Assembly (NCBI GenBank): GCA_001661245.1
Contig: KV454011.1
Location: 2,406,987-2,470,986 of the forward strand
Length of the DNA stretch: 64,000 nt
From: Pachysolen tannophilus NRRL Y-2460
Lineage: Eukaryota
Direction: 5' to 3'
A program made the position numbers and the translations under genes. This document shows positions 51,028 to 62,387 of the stretch, one piece after another (position 1 is the stretch's first letter; each line of letters starts with the position of its first letter). The notes beneath the pieces are model-generated. The model ran no database searches. It was given only the letters and a program-made list of their open reading frames with translations, and was not told the origin of the DNA.

Positions 51028-53859
51028 TCAGTCAAATTCACCATCATCTACACCAAAATCATTATCAATTTCGTTAACTTTCAAGTTACAATAGTAGCAT
51101 TTCTCTGATAGCAAATCATCGATTTCATCTTTGATGGTTTGAATTTCCTTCTTGTTAGTTTTTTTGTTTAACTCTGCCAATTTTTTTTCGTAGATGTACA
51201 ATTTATTCTTTATCTTATAATTACTAGAGTTTTGAACCAAGAAATTAATTAAACAGTCATGATGATAATTGTGGAAACATTTGAACATAAAGAATTTGCG
51301 TGTTATTAATAACTTGTTGCAAATAACACATGAATCTTTTGGTTCAATTATTAAAAATTCATTTTTGTTATAATTTGTAAATTCAATTTTCAAATTTTCT
51401 GAAATATTCAAAGATAACAACATTTCTTTATTCAATTTATTTAAATTATTTGAAAAATTTTCTAAATTTTTAATAATTTCTTCTTTGAAATTATCTATAA
51501 CAACAAAATTTGGGAATAAATTAATTAGATCTTGAATATTTAATAATGGTTTACTTTTGTTTAAAATAAATTTTAAAATAGTTTGAATTTGTTCATTTTT
51601 GGAATTGATATCCAATTTTTTACCCTTTTCATGCTTATCAGTATTAGTTACCAATTGATCTTCATTAATTTCTTTAAAATAACTATCGTTTAGCAAAATC
51701 TTGTTAATTAATTTTTGTGAAATTGATAACCATAATTTCTTTCTCAATCTATTCATATCACTATTCAAATCTTCTTCATCCATCGACAAGAAATTTTCTC
51801 TATTTCTTGGTTTATCAGCTATTATGGTGGCTAATTCGATAAGATCATTATCCAAACATAAATTGACGGCATCTTCATAATTTTCTAATACAGAATAAAT
51901 GAAAACTAATGATTGAATCTTTTGATGTTTGTTGCACAATCTTAATATAAAATCTGTATCAAACGGAATTTTATTATTGTCAGCTTTTTTCTCCAAGTAT
52001 TTCAATATTAACAACTCATCATCATTAAATATAGGATACGATATTAACAAACTTAAATATAAATTATGTAAAAACTTTGCATTTAAATTTTTCTCAAAAA
52101 TTAAATTACCAAGAAAAATTATTGTTTGGTTTTCCAGTGGCTTTACTTGACCAGATATCAACTTATGATATGTCAATAACGATGGCACTAATTTGTTATA
52201 ATCTAAAACACAATCATCTTGTAAATTATTAATCATAATCCAAGTTTCAATGGTTTGCTTTGGAGCATTAATCAATAAGACATTTGCGTATTTATAAACA
52301 TAATCTATATTCTTGGTAATATTTTTTTCATCATCAAATAATAATAGTATAATCTTCAATGCTTTCTCCCATTGACCAAGGTTTATATAATAATTCAAAA
52401 CAAAATCATAATCTTTGATCAAGTTTGAATAATATAACAATTCTTCAGTTCTATTATAGGATGTTATAATTTGATAAACAGTCAATTTATCCAATTTTTT
52501 ATTATTATTCCGCAAGAAAATTTCAAAATTTTTTAAAGATTTCTGTCTTGTTTTCGAATCAGTTGTAGTTTCTGTATTATTTGTCAGTGTATTATCCAAA
52601 TCATTTAATATTTCCATATATAATTCGACAATCCAACTTGTTAATATTATCTGCTGCATATATTGATTATTATTTAAAGTTAATAATTTGGAACTGAAAT
52701 ATGCTAATAAGGAGTTTATATCATCTTTAAACAATAGCACAACTTCTTCAAAAGGTTTTGATGTTGAAGCAAAAATTTCTGCAGCTTTTACCTTGTCTTG
52801 AGTAGCTAAATATTCTGCTTTTTTAATTAATATATAATCTTGTAATTCTGTATTATCCTCCTGTAACAAATTTAGCGCTTCATCAAACATTTGTTTCTTT
52901 ACCATTATTTGCCATATATCTTTTAATTCATTTTTTATCAAGATTTCATAAATGTTAGCCGAGGAGTAAAGCCAAAAAGTATTACTTTTATAGTCATTGA
53001 TTAAACCAATAAAGTTTTCGTTAAAACCTGACAAGTCAAAAGAATACACCAATTTACTATTCAATTGGTTATAAATCATTATTTTGCTATTTTCTGTCAA
53101 TATAAAGATGTGATACTGTGATAAGAGAAATGATCGAATTGTAGTATCCAGTACTATAATCGAATTGATCTTGTCGGAATTTTCCAGTATGTAAAATACT
53201 TCATTTGAGGAAATAAAGCATAATAAAGCATCGTTATGGATTGATTTCAAAATTTTTTGTCCTCTATTATTAAATCTGATAACATTTTGTCCTTCATCCT
53301 TAAAATGTTGGTTAAAATTAGAAGAATTTTGATGAAACTTGTTAATACGGAACTTATTATACTTCACCAATGAATTGTTAGTCAAAACTGAGAGGTTAAA
53401 TTCATCATTTGTCTCTTTCACCATTACTCCAACAAGTGCATTTTCCTTGTGAACTGTTTTCAAAAACCCTCCAGTGACGTTTGATTCATAAATAACACCA
53501 TTCGAAGTAATGATCAAAATGTGGTCTTGGCTAACAAATTCGATATTACCAATATCTAAACTTTTGAACTTCGACAAATTTTTTAACTGATTGTCTCTTC
53601 CAATCACAAAATAGTTCAAGTTTGAAGTTTTCGCAATTAAGCAATCTCCATTTTTAATATCTATGAATGTATCCACTATACTATTACTTATCTTAAAAGT
53701 ATCAGTCAATTCAGGATTGTTTAAATTAATCTTTATCACACGGTTGTCTAATAATGAAAGGTATAGGTAGTTGTTTGCAATATTCAAATTCACAATGTTA
53801 TTGATGTCAAACTGCAATTGAACTTGCTCTATGCTAAAGAAATTGGTATTCTCCGACAT
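51028..53859 (-). CDS. PEP3: HOPS/CORVET subunit Vps18/Pep3
   Basis: ATG 53859. F.IEQVQLQF, TFWLYS...IYEI, SKPFEEVVL.F, WIVELY, RKKLWL.I, FPNFVVIDNFKEEI and a C-terminal RING-H2 (C..C...F.C.H.YH..C...C..C). Confidence 0.92.
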   Translation of the reverse strand: MSENTNFFSIEQVQLQFDINNIVNLNIANNYLYLSLLDNRVIKINLNNPELTDTFKISNSIVDTFIDIKNGDCLIAKTSNLNYFVIGRDNQLKNLSKFKSLDIGNIEFVSQDHILIITSNGVIYESNVTGGFLKTVHKENALVGVMVKETNDEFNLSVLTNNSLVKYNKFRINKFHQNSSNFNQHFKDEGQNVIRFNNRGQKILKSIHNDALLCFISSNEVFYILENSDKINSIIVLDTTIRSFLLSQYHIFILTENSKIMIYNQLNSKLVYSFDLSGFNENFIGLINDYKSNTFWLYSSANIYEILIKNELKDIWQIMVKKQMFDEALNLLQEDNTELQDYILIKKAEYLATQDKVKAAEIFASTSKPFEEVVLLFKDDINSLLAYFSSKLLTLNNNQYMQQIILTSWIVELYMEILNDLDNTLTNNTETTTDSKTRQKSLKNFEIFLRNNNKKLDKLTVYQIITSYNRTEELLYYSNLIKDYDFVLNYYINLGQWEKALKIILLLFDDEKNITKNIDYVYKYANVLLINAPKQTIETWIMINNLQDDCVLDYNKLVPSLLTYHKLISGQVKPLENQTIIFLGNLIFEKNLNAKFLHNLYLSLLISYPIFNDDELLILKYLEKKADNNKIPFDTDFILRLCNKHQKIQSLVFIYSVLENYEDAVNLCLDNDLIELATIIADKPRNRENFLSMDEEDLNSDMNRLRKKLWLSISQKLINKILLNDSYFKEINEDQLVTNTDKHEKGKKLDINSKNEQIQTILKFILNKSKPLLNIQDLINLFPNFVVIDNFKEEIIKNLENFSNNLNKLNKEMLLSLNISENLKIEFTNYNKNEFLIIEPKDSCVICNKLLITRKFFMFKCFHNYHHDCLINFLVQNSSNYKIKNKLYIYEKKLAELNKKTNKKEIQTIKDEIDDLLSEKCYYCNLKVNEIDNDFGVDDGEFD

Positions 53860-54056
53860 CACTTTTAAATATATGGTCAGTAAACTAGCTAATCCTCAAT
53901 TTAATAGGAAGTTTGTATGTTTTCAACTTTTTTTTATTTTTTATTTTTTTATTATTTTTTTAATATAATTTAAATAAAAATAAAAATAAAATTTTTAAAA
54001 ATCTTTTCAAATATCACAAATTTAAGAGTAATAGATCAAGAAATAAATCAAGAAAA

Positions 54057-54362
54057 ATGTCATCAAGTATACCTGTGAAGTTATTGTATGAATCACAAGG
54101 ACATGTGGTATCTATAGAATTGAATAATGGGAATATTTACAGAGGCAAGCTTATAGATTGTGAAGATAATATGAACTTGTCTTTGAAAAATATTGTATTA
54201 ACAGAATCTAATGGCAATATAAGTCACTTAGATCATTGTTTTATAAGAGGATCCATGATCAAGTTTATATCCATTCCGGAGATATTGAAGAATGCTCCAA
54301 TGTTCAATAAAAATTTGGTTAAACCAAATGCTCCTATTAGAAATTTACCAAGAAGGAAGTAA
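54057..54362 (+). CDS. SMD3: Sm core protein D3
   Basis: IPVKLL.E.QGH.VS.EL..G..YRGKL...EDNMN, FIRGS.IKF...P..LKNAPMF. Confidence 0.95.
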   Translation: MSSSIPVKLLYESQGHVVSIELNNGNIYRGKLIDCEDNMNLSLKNIVLTESNGNISHLDHCFIRGSMIKFISIPEILKNAPMFNKNLVKPNAPIRNLPRRK

Positions 54363-54533
54363 TTATAAATTAGTAAAGTTTTTTACTTTTAAGTTGGAGA
54401 TGTGTATATGTTGATGTGTTTAATACTAAAATTAGTTTTCATATTTTAATGGATATGCTTTAGTTTCATATATATATATATATATATATTTAGAATAAAA
54501 ATAAATAAGAATTTTAAACAATTTATGTATTTT

Positions 54534-56108
54534 TTAATCAACTACATCAGCTGTATTAACAAAATCTGCAGGTTCATCAGTATGTTTAACTTCCTGATCA
54601 ACATCAACAATCTTATCTTCTATACTGGAATTCCCCTTTATTTCATTTTTCAAGTTTTCAAATTCTTGTTCATTTTCTAATACATCAACGCTAATAACTC
54701 CAGCTTCATTAATTAAATCTAAGATACGTTCCAGCTCATCAATTTTAATTTTTTCAAAAACTTTATTAACTTCATCTATTGATTGAGTGGCCAAGGCTTT
54801 TTTAAAGTCTTCTGGTAATTGATTATAAATTTTATATCTTTCAGGATCCTCTTCTTTTGAAGGAATATTAACCGATAAAACAGTGTTATCATCTGTTGAT
54901 CTCAATTGAATAAGTTCTTCTGCTTCTTCATTTCCATCTTCTTCTCCTCTTTTCTTTTCCTCTTCTTTAATTATCTTACATCTTTTCTTAATGTGATCAT
55001 AAGTAAAGGCAATTTCTTGTTCAAATGCTTTAGCTGCTGGATGAGCTTTATTACCTATTCTATCAAAAAAATTATGAATTGCGCTAACTTTCACATCTTT
55101 GTCTGATATTTGTTTTGTTAAATCATCTAAAAATTTCAACATCATTGCCTTATAAACAATATCATATGCTTTAGCAGAATCATCTTTCAATTCAAAGTCA
55201 AATGCTGTCATTAATAATGAATCTTTCTGTTGTTCAGAAATTATGTACAAATGCTTGATCAAATATTGATAAAGTTTATCCATTTGTTTTATTTTAGAGT
55301 ATTCTTCAGTTTCTTGTAATAATTCCAACTCCCCTAATTCATTAAGAGGTTTTGAAGGTTTAGCTTCTTGATGATGATGATGATGTTGGTGATGATTTTG
55401 ATGTTGAGAGTTTTCATTCGACAAATTTTTGCCATTAGCGGCAGGAGAATTAATGGTTTCAATTGTTTCAATTTTTTCAGTTTTCTTAGCCGAATTATTA
55501 TTGATAATCTTCTTATTCTGATCCTCATCATCCTCATCTTCATCATCTCTATTAATAAAAGTGGAGCTGAAACCTTCTTTCAAATCAGAAATTTCTATAT
55601 GTGAATTTTTTTCTGCAATTAATTCTTTTAACCTTGCGTCTTGTTTTACAACCAATTCATCAATTTTTTTCTTATGTTTTGACAACAAGTCTCTCAAATG
55701 TAAATCATTAACTTCAACCTTATCCTTCTCAAGGTCACCTCTCAATTGTAAGATCAAATCCTCAATCTGCTCATTATACGGAATCAATTCTTCTTTACTA
55801 CTATCAATTAATTCGCTTTGTAATACTTCATTTTTATCAAACTTTGAATTTAAAAAATTAATGAAATCTGTATTATTTGAAAGATCAAACCCTTTATCAG
55901 CCAATATCGCATCAACACGCCTATTTAAATGCCCATACATTTCTTTTTGAATTGTAATATTCTTGATCTCATGGTTTCTTCTTTCTCTTTTCTCATGAAT
56001 ATCTCTTTGTTTCCATCTAATAAAAGATTTCTTATCAACATTTGGATGAACCTCAACATCGGAATCATCCGAAATCTCTATATTTTCAAACCTCGAATAA
56101 TCAATCAT
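54534..56108 (-). CDS. CDC37: Hsp90 co-chaperone Cdc37
   Basis: MIDYSRFENIEISDDSDVEVHPNVDKKSFIRWKQRDIHEKR N-terminal signature with the CK2 site. Confidence 0.96.
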   Translation of the reverse strand: MIDYSRFENIEISDDSDVEVHPNVDKKSFIRWKQRDIHEKRERRNHEIKNITIQKEMYGHLNRRVDAILADKGFDLSNNTDFINFLNSKFDKNEVLQSELIDSSKEELIPYNEQIEDLILQLRGDLEKDKVEVNDLHLRDLLSKHKKKIDELVVKQDARLKELIAEKNSHIEISDLKEGFSSTFINRDDEDEDDEDQNKKIINNNSAKKTEKIETIETINSPAANGKNLSNENSQHQNHHQHHHHHQEAKPSKPLNELGELELLQETEEYSKIKQMDKLYQYLIKHLYIISEQQKDSLLMTAFDFELKDDSAKAYDIVYKAMMLKFLDDLTKQISDKDVKVSAIHNFFDRIGNKAHPAAKAFEQEIAFTYDHIKKRCKIIKEEEKKRGEEDGNEEAEELIQLRSTDDNTVLSVNIPSKEEDPERYKIYNQLPEDFKKALATQSIDEVNKVFEKIKIDELERILDLINEAGVISVDVLENEQEFENLKNEIKGNSSIEDKIVDVDQEVKHTDEPADFVNTADVVD

Positions 56109-56391
56109 AACTAAACCTAAACTTGAGCAATTCTTAGCTTATTCTTCCATGGGCGCTTAAACAACAATTCCATATATCTAGATATATATATATATATTAT
56201 TATACATAAAACCTATGAATTCTTCTAGAAATAAAATTGAAAATGATACAAAAAGAAGTATCGTGTCAATAGGGAAAGAAAAAAAATCACGAAATTGACA
56301 GATTTGGAATTTTGGAATGTTTTGTCACTTTCGCACGACCATTATGTTTTTTTTTCATTGGAAAGCTGACGAGCATGGTCCATGACAATAT

Positions 56392-56424
<33 letters not shown>

Positions 56425-56474
56425 TCGAAAGGTGGATAGATAGATATCTTATAGATATCTTGGTTTTATTGATT

Positions 56475-56672
56475 ATGAGTGACTCAGTCAGTTCAGAAAA
56501 GATGGATGTAGAGGAGCCGGTGATTGAAGATTCTGGGAAAAGTGGAAATGTTGCTCAAGTAGGAGTACCATTAGGTGAAGATAAGGAAGAAGAAGTAGAA
56601 GAAGAAGAAGAAGATGATGAATTTAACGATAATCAGGAATCGACAATAAATGATGGCAATAATAATAATAAT

Positions 56673-56709
<37 letters not shown>

Positions 56710-57338
56710 GCAACAAGGGTGGTGATGGTATTAATAATTTGCTGGGGAGTAGGATTACGATTCCGGAATTACCTGAGCTTACTAGAAAGGACAAGACTTT
56801 ACAAGAGCTTTTATCAATGATGGACGAGTACTCGCCCATTATACCAGATGCTGTTACTGACTATTTATTAGCTAAGAATGGACTATTGACTAATGATTTA
56901 CAGGTGAAAAGATTACTAGCATTAGCAACTCAAAAATTTGTTAGTGATATTGCTCAGGACGCATATGAATACTCGAGAATAAGATCAAACACGGTTTCCA
57001 AATTGAAAAATAATTTGAATAATCCAAACAGTGGATTGCAGCCACCTGTATCATCCCAAAATGCCAATACTGGTGCTATGGGAACGCCTTCAGGTCCTGG
57101 AGGTTCAGGTGCAGGAAGTAATTTTGGACCTGGTGCAGGGGGTCCTGGTGGTGCAGGTGGTAGTGGTGCAGGTGCAAGTGGTGGTGCGGGGGGTTTTCTG
57201 AATTCAAGTACTGGTACAGGTGCTGGTGGAGGAAGTGCTGTACTCACTAATGAAAAAGTCACCTTAACTATGGACGATTTATCAAGTGCTTTAGAAGAAT
57301 ATGGTGTAAATATTAAAAGACCAAATTTTTACCGTTAA
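56475..57338 (+). CDS. TAF10: TFIID/SAGA subunit Taf10
   Basis: ATG 56475. [67 protein letters not shown]; poly-N and Gly-rich insertions. Confidence 0.95.
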
Positions 57339-57704
57339 TTAATTTATCTAGCAGAAAAACCGCAACAAGAAAGTTTCTTTCTTTTCAATCAATGTATTAT
57401 AAAAATAAATTCCTTTTTCTTTTCTTTTTTTTTTTATTTTTGTTTATTGCAAAATGTAAGATAATTTTAAATTAACTATCAACTATTATATTAGTAGTAT
57501 ATCTGTATAAATAGCTAGTTGCTATTGTATTGTTTTGTATTTCTTAATCTGAGGTCAATTTTAGTCAAAATATAGTGAAAATTTATCATTTAGAAAAAAA
57601 TCCACAATTTTCAACGACTTAGCTTATTTGCTTTTACATATAAGATAATGCAAAGATTGAATTTGTAAGCAAAACAAAAAAAAAAAAACAAAAAGCACAG
57701 TGTA

Positions 57705-59195
57705 ATGATTAATAGTTTGATATCTAGTAATCAAAGTAGAATAACTAGTAAATTATCGTTATTAGCAAGACAATTATCATCAACTTCTCTGAAAAAAATG
57801 GCTCCAATTGACAAAACTCACTTCAATTATTTGGTTATCGGTGGTGGATCTGGAGGAGTTGCTTCTGCTAGAAGAGCTGCTTCTTATGGAGCAAAAGTAT
57901 TGTTAATTGAGTCCAAAGCTATGGGTGGAACTTGTGTTAATGTTGGATGCGTTCCAAAGAAAGTTATGTGGTATGCTTCTGATTTAGCCGGTAGAATTGC
58001 TCAGGCAAAAGAATATGGTTTTAATGTTGATCCACAAGCTGCGAAAACTTTTGATTGGGGTTATTTTAAACCAAAGAGAGATGCTTATATTGAAAGATTA
58101 AATGGTATTTATGAAAGAAATTTGACTAAAGAAGGTGTTGAATATATATATGGATTTGCCAAGTTTAACGACAAAGGTACAGTTGATGTTGTTACAAAAG
58201 ATACTAATGAAACATTAACTTTTTCTGCTGATAATTACTTGATTGCCACTGGAGGTCATCCAATTTTTCCTGAAAATATTCCAGGTTATGAATATGGTAT
58301 TGATTCGGATGGATTTTTCAAGTTATCGAAACAACCAAAGAAAGTTGCTCTTGTAGGAGCTGGTTATATTGGTATTGAACTTGCTGGTGTTTTCCAAGGC
58401 CTTGGTTCAGAAACTCATCTTGTTATAAGAGGTGAGACTGTACTTAGATCGTTTGATGAAATAATTCAACATACTATAACTGACCATTACGAAAAAATTG
58501 GAATCAATGTTCATAAGCAATCGCAAGTTGTTAAAGTTGAAAAAATTAAAGATGATTTTTTAAAAGTTCATTTAAATAATGGTGAAATATTAGAAGTTGA
58601 AGCTTTAATTTGGACAATTGGTAGAAAATCTTTAAGTGGCATTGGTTTGGATAAGATTGGTGTCAAATTAAATGACAAGGAACAAGTTGAAGTAAATGAA
58701 TGGCAAGAAACTAATGTTCCAAACGTTTACTCTTTAGGTGACGTTGTTGGTAAAGTCGAATTGACACCTGTAGCCATTGCCACAGGTAGAAAATTGAGTA
58801 ATAGGCTTTTTGGACCTGAAGTTTATGCTAAACAAAAGCAAGATTTCAATAACGTACCTTCTGTTGTTTTCAGTCATCCAGAAGCTGGATCAATTGGTCT
58901 CTCTGAAAAAGAAGCTATTGAAAAATATGGTGAGTCGAACTTGAAAATTTATAGATCAAAATTCACTGCAATGTACTACGCAATGTTATCACATAAAGCT
59001 CCAACTTCATATAAATTGATTTGTCTCAAAACTGAAAATGAAAGAGTTATAGGCTTACACATTGTTGGTGACTCTAGTGCTGAAATCTTACAAGGATTTG
59101 GTGTTGCCATTAAAATGGGTGCAACAAAAGCAGATTTCGACAACTGTGTAGCCATTCATCCAACAAGTGCCGAAGAATTGGTTACCCTAGTATAA
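57705..59195 (+). CDS. GLR1: Glutathione reductase (mitochondrial and cytosolic isoforms likely)
   Basis: [21 protein letters not shown] redox disulfide, [18 protein letters not shown]. Second in-frame ATG at 57798. Confidence 0.97.
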   Translation: MINSLISSNQSRITSKLSLLARQLSSTSLKKMAPIDKTHFNYLVIGGGSGGVASARRAASYGAKVLLIESKAMGGTCVNVGCVPKKVMWYASDLAGRIAQAKEYGFNVDPQAAKTFDWGYFKPKRDAYIERLNGIYERNLTKEGVEYIYGFAKFNDKGTVDVVTKDTNETLTFSADNYLIATGGHPIFPENIPGYEYGIDSDGFFKLSKQPKKVALVGAGYIGIELAGVFQGLGSETHLVIRGETVLRSFDEIIQHTITDHYEKIGINVHKQSQVVKVEKIKDDFLKVHLNNGEILEVEALIWTIGRKSLSGIGLDKIGVKLNDKEQVEVNEWQETNVPNVYSLGDVVGKVELTPVAIATGRKLSNRLFGPEVYAKQKQDFNNVPSVVFSHPEAGSIGLSEKEAIEKYGESNLKIYRSKFTAMYYAMLSHKAPTSYKLICLKTENERVIGLHIVGDSSAEILQGFGVAIKMGATKADFDNCVAIHPTSAEELVTLV

Positions 59196-59427
59196 TATTA
59201 ATAGATATATAGTTATAACTACGTTATATAGACTTCTTCTCAACTGACTGTACTTTCAATTTTTCACTACCAAAAAAGAATGAAATAAAAAAAAAATTAA
59301 ATTGAAAAATTTTCTGTGTATGAATCATACATAATAATAAATACCGCCAAACTTGGGGTTATAAAATATAATTGTGTAATCAGTTGTTATTTTAAAAAAT
59401 TAATAATTAAAGTCAATAATTTTGGAA

Positions 59428-60321
59428 ATGACGAGTCTACTAATAAAGTCATCGTTGGGTAGGTCATCTAATAAGGTACTAGCAGTATCGAAACGTTTTT
59501 CATCTTCGTCGACGTCTGCATTGGCTTACAAACAATTACATAGGAATAGATCAAGACCATCATTACCAACTTTGGATGCTCCACTGTGGTCTGCAAATTC
59601 TGCTGTTTCTTCTATTCTTTATGAATCGCCGGTTCAAAGTAAAGCACCTAAGACTCAGCATATTTTGAACTGTCTTGTTCAAAATGAACCAGGTGTGCTA
59701 TCTTTGATATCTGGGACACTAGCAGCAAGAGGTTTTAACATTGATTCGTTGGTTGTTTGCAACACAGAAGTTAAAGATTTGTCCCGGATGACAATTACAC
59801 TTGATGGCCATGATGCTGTTATTGAGCAAGCAAGAAGACAGATTGAAGATTTGGTGCCAGTTTATGCAGTATTGGATTATACCAATTCTGAAATCATTAA
59901 AAGAGAATTATTATTGGCTAGAGTCTCGATATTAGGTCCTGAATATTTCCAAGAATTGATTGCTCATCATAATGAGGAACCATTAGTTTCGGTTGAGGAT
60001 TTGAAATTCCATCCAAGTAACTTGGCTCCATCGGAACTGTTGAGACAAAAACATTCTCATCTTGAATCTTTGTCAAGTTTAGCAAAACAATTTGGTGGTA
60101 AAATCGTTGATATTAGCGATAGAAGTTGCATTATTGAATTATCGGCTAAGCCTTCAAGAATAACCTCATTTGTAAAGTTGATTCAACCTTTTGGTATACT
60201 AGAGTTGGCTAGATCAGGTATGATGGCTTTGCCAAGAACACCATTGAAGGACTATGAGAACGAAGAAGTTGCTACGGAATCAAATGAAGAAGTTGATATT
60301 TCACAATTACCTCCAGGTTAA
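59428..60321 (+). CDS. ILV6: Acetolactate synthase regulatory subunit
   Basis: ATG 59428, presequence, then HILNCLVQNEPGVLS.ISGTLAARGFNIDSLVVCNTEVKDLSRMTI (ACT domain), ARSGMMALPRTP, SQLPPG. Confidence 0.96.
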   Translation: MTSLLIKSSLGRSSNKVLAVSKRFSSSSTSALAYKQLHRNRSRPSLPTLDAPLWSANSAVSSILYESPVQSKAPKTQHILNCLVQNEPGVLSLISGTLAARGFNIDSLVVCNTEVKDLSRMTITLDGHDAVIEQARRQIEDLVPVYAVLDYTNSEIIKRELLLARVSILGPEYFQELIAHHNEEPLVSVEDLKFHPSNLAPSELLRQKHSHLESLSSLAKQFGGKIVDISDRSCIIELSAKPSRITSFVKLIQPFGILELARSGMMALPRTPLKDYENEEVATESNEEVDISQLPPG

Positions 60322-60568
60322 TCGAATTCGAAATCGAAATCTAAATCGAAATCTTTTTCCTTTGATGAAGATTTAATTTAATTTTTTCCTCTTTTGTGTT
60401 TTTTTACTTTGGTTAGTCAATTAATTTTATTTTTTGGCCTTTTTTATATATACATTTTTTTTTTATACTTTTTATCGATTGTTTTATCATCAACACAATT
60501 AAGTTATATAAACATTATTTCAATGACAAAATCCGAGTAGGCAAGCAAAAAAAGAAAAAGAAAAAAAC

Positions 60569-61471
60569 CTAATTACTAAAATCATCTTCTGTAGGTGGAA
60601 CATAAGGAGGAGGTTTGAAAAATTCTTGATCTTGTAAGACCAATTTTTTGAAACTATCTTTATCATCAACAAATTCGTACAAATACTCCAACTCTAAATC
60701 ATGAACCTGTCTCCCTAACATTATCAAACTATGCAAAGGCTCACCAGCATCATAATTACTTAATTCTTTTAAGGAGCCAGCTTTAAAAGACTGGGTTGGA
60801 GCTCCCAATCTTGATATAGCAACACAAGGCGTAGCTTCTGTATATGCTTGTTCCTTTCTCAAGCTTTCAATTTCTAATAACTGACTTGCTGCAGTGCTTA
60901 TATCCATATATCTTGGAGGTTCATAAATAAGTCTACCTCTTGCCATATTTTCAATACTTTGTTCCTTAACCTTGATATCCAATAAGATTAATGTATGTAA
61001 TCCAATTTTCCTATTTTCCATTATCTTATCGTAAAAACTATCTGGTCTCCAACTATCAGTAAAGAAAACCATTGAAACCGTCTGACCAAATTGATATAAT
61101 TGTAAACCACAAGCACCTACAGCATTCATAATACTAGCATTATGTATACATTCCACTTTTATTCCTAATTCTCTTGCTCTTATAATCAAATCCGTATGAG
61201 TAGTGGCACCAAAAGGATCACCAACAACCAAAAATGCAATATCCTCTGTATCTGCATCTTTTAACATCTCATCTGAACCGGTTTCCACAAGTTCTCGATC
61301 AGCTAGAATAACTTCTTTTCCATAAAAACTCTCCAAAGATTCTTTCGATGCCGCCATAAGAATCGACGTATAGGCCTCCAAATAAACCCTTTTACATTTT
61401 TTCACAGCCTGAAGACCCCTAACAGTTATATCAGTTTCATGAGATAATCCTAATCCAATTAAATACAACAT
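60569..61471 (-). CDS. DPH5: Diphthine methyl ester synthase
   Basis: ATG 61471. [58 protein letters not shown]. Confidence 0.97.
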   Translation of the reverse strand: MLYLIGLGLSHETDITVRGLQAVKKCKRVYLEAYTSILMAASKESLESFYGKEVILADRELVETGSDEMLKDADTEDIAFLVVGDPFGATTHTDLIIRARELGIKVECIHNASIMNAVGACGLQLYQFGQTVSMVFFTDSWRPDSFYDKIMENRKIGLHTLILLDIKVKEQSIENMARGRLIYEPPRYMDISTAASQLLEIESLRKEQAYTEATPCVAISRLGAPTQSFKAGSLKELSNYDAGEPLHSLIMLGRQVHDLELEYLYEFVDDKDSFKKLVLQDQEFFKPPPYVPPTEDDFSN

Positions 61472-61585
61472 GGTGATGACACTTATTACTCCCACCTGGT
61501 TGATTGTTCTTTCAATAAAGAGTCAAAATATAAATTACCTGAAAAAAAAAAAAAATAAAAAAATTTTTTTTAAAAAATTTTTTTT

Positions 61586-61701
61586 NNNNNNNNNNNNNNN
61601 NNNNNNNNNNNNNNNNNNNNNNNNNNNNNNNNNNNNNNNNNNNNNNNNNNNNNNNNNNNNNNNNNNNNNNNNNNNNNNNNNNNNNNNNNNNNNNNNNNNN
61701 N
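61586..61701. other. Assembly gap (116 N)
   Basis: Run of N. Confidence 0.99.
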
Positions 61702-62387
61702 TTCTCAAGCTTTCAATTTCTAATAACTGACTTGCTGCAGTGCTTATATCCATATATCTTGGAGGTTCATAAATAAGTCTACCTCTTGCCATATTTTCAA
61801 TACTTTGTTCCTTAACCTTGATATCCAATAAGATTAATGTATGTAATCCAATTTTCCTATTTTCCATTATCTTATCGTAAAAACTATCTGGTCTCCAACT
61901 ATCAGTAAAGAAAACCATTGAAACCGTCTGACCAAATTGATATAATTGTAAACCACAAGCACCTACAGCATTCATAATACTAGCATTATGTATACATTCC
62001 ACTTTTATTCCTAATTCTCTTGCTCTTATAATCAAATCCGTATGAGTAGTGGCACCAAAAGGATCACCAACAACCAAAAATGCAATATCCTCTGTATCTG
62101 CATCTTTTAACATCTCATCTGAACCGGTTTCCACAAGTTCTCGATCAGCTAGAATAACTTCTTTTCCATAAAAACTCTCCAAAGATTCTTTCGATGCCGC
62201 CATAAGAATCGACGTATAGGCCTCCAAATAAACCCTTTTACATTTTTTCACAGCCTGAAGACCCCTAACAGTTATATCAGTTTCATGAGATAATCCTAAT
62301 CCAATTAAATACAACATGGTGATGACACTTATTACTCCCACCTGGTTGATTGTTCTTTCAATAAAGAGTCAAAATATAAATTACCTG
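61702..62387 (-). repeat. Identical duplicate of the DPH5 5' part and upstream sequence (matches 60856-61541); probably an unmerged contig overlap
   Basis: Constant 846-bp offset, no differences seen by eye, abuts the N gap. Confidence 0.9.

Noticed and set aside
56217..56232. Heat-shock element upstream of CDC37 (GAATTCTTCTAGAA)
   Set aside because: Only two correctly spaced nGAAn units; the third is off by one base.
61496..61545. Possible 5'-UTR intron of DPH5 (CAG/GTAATT...AACCAG)
   Set aside because: Very short and lacks a credible branch point; cannot be supported without RNA data.
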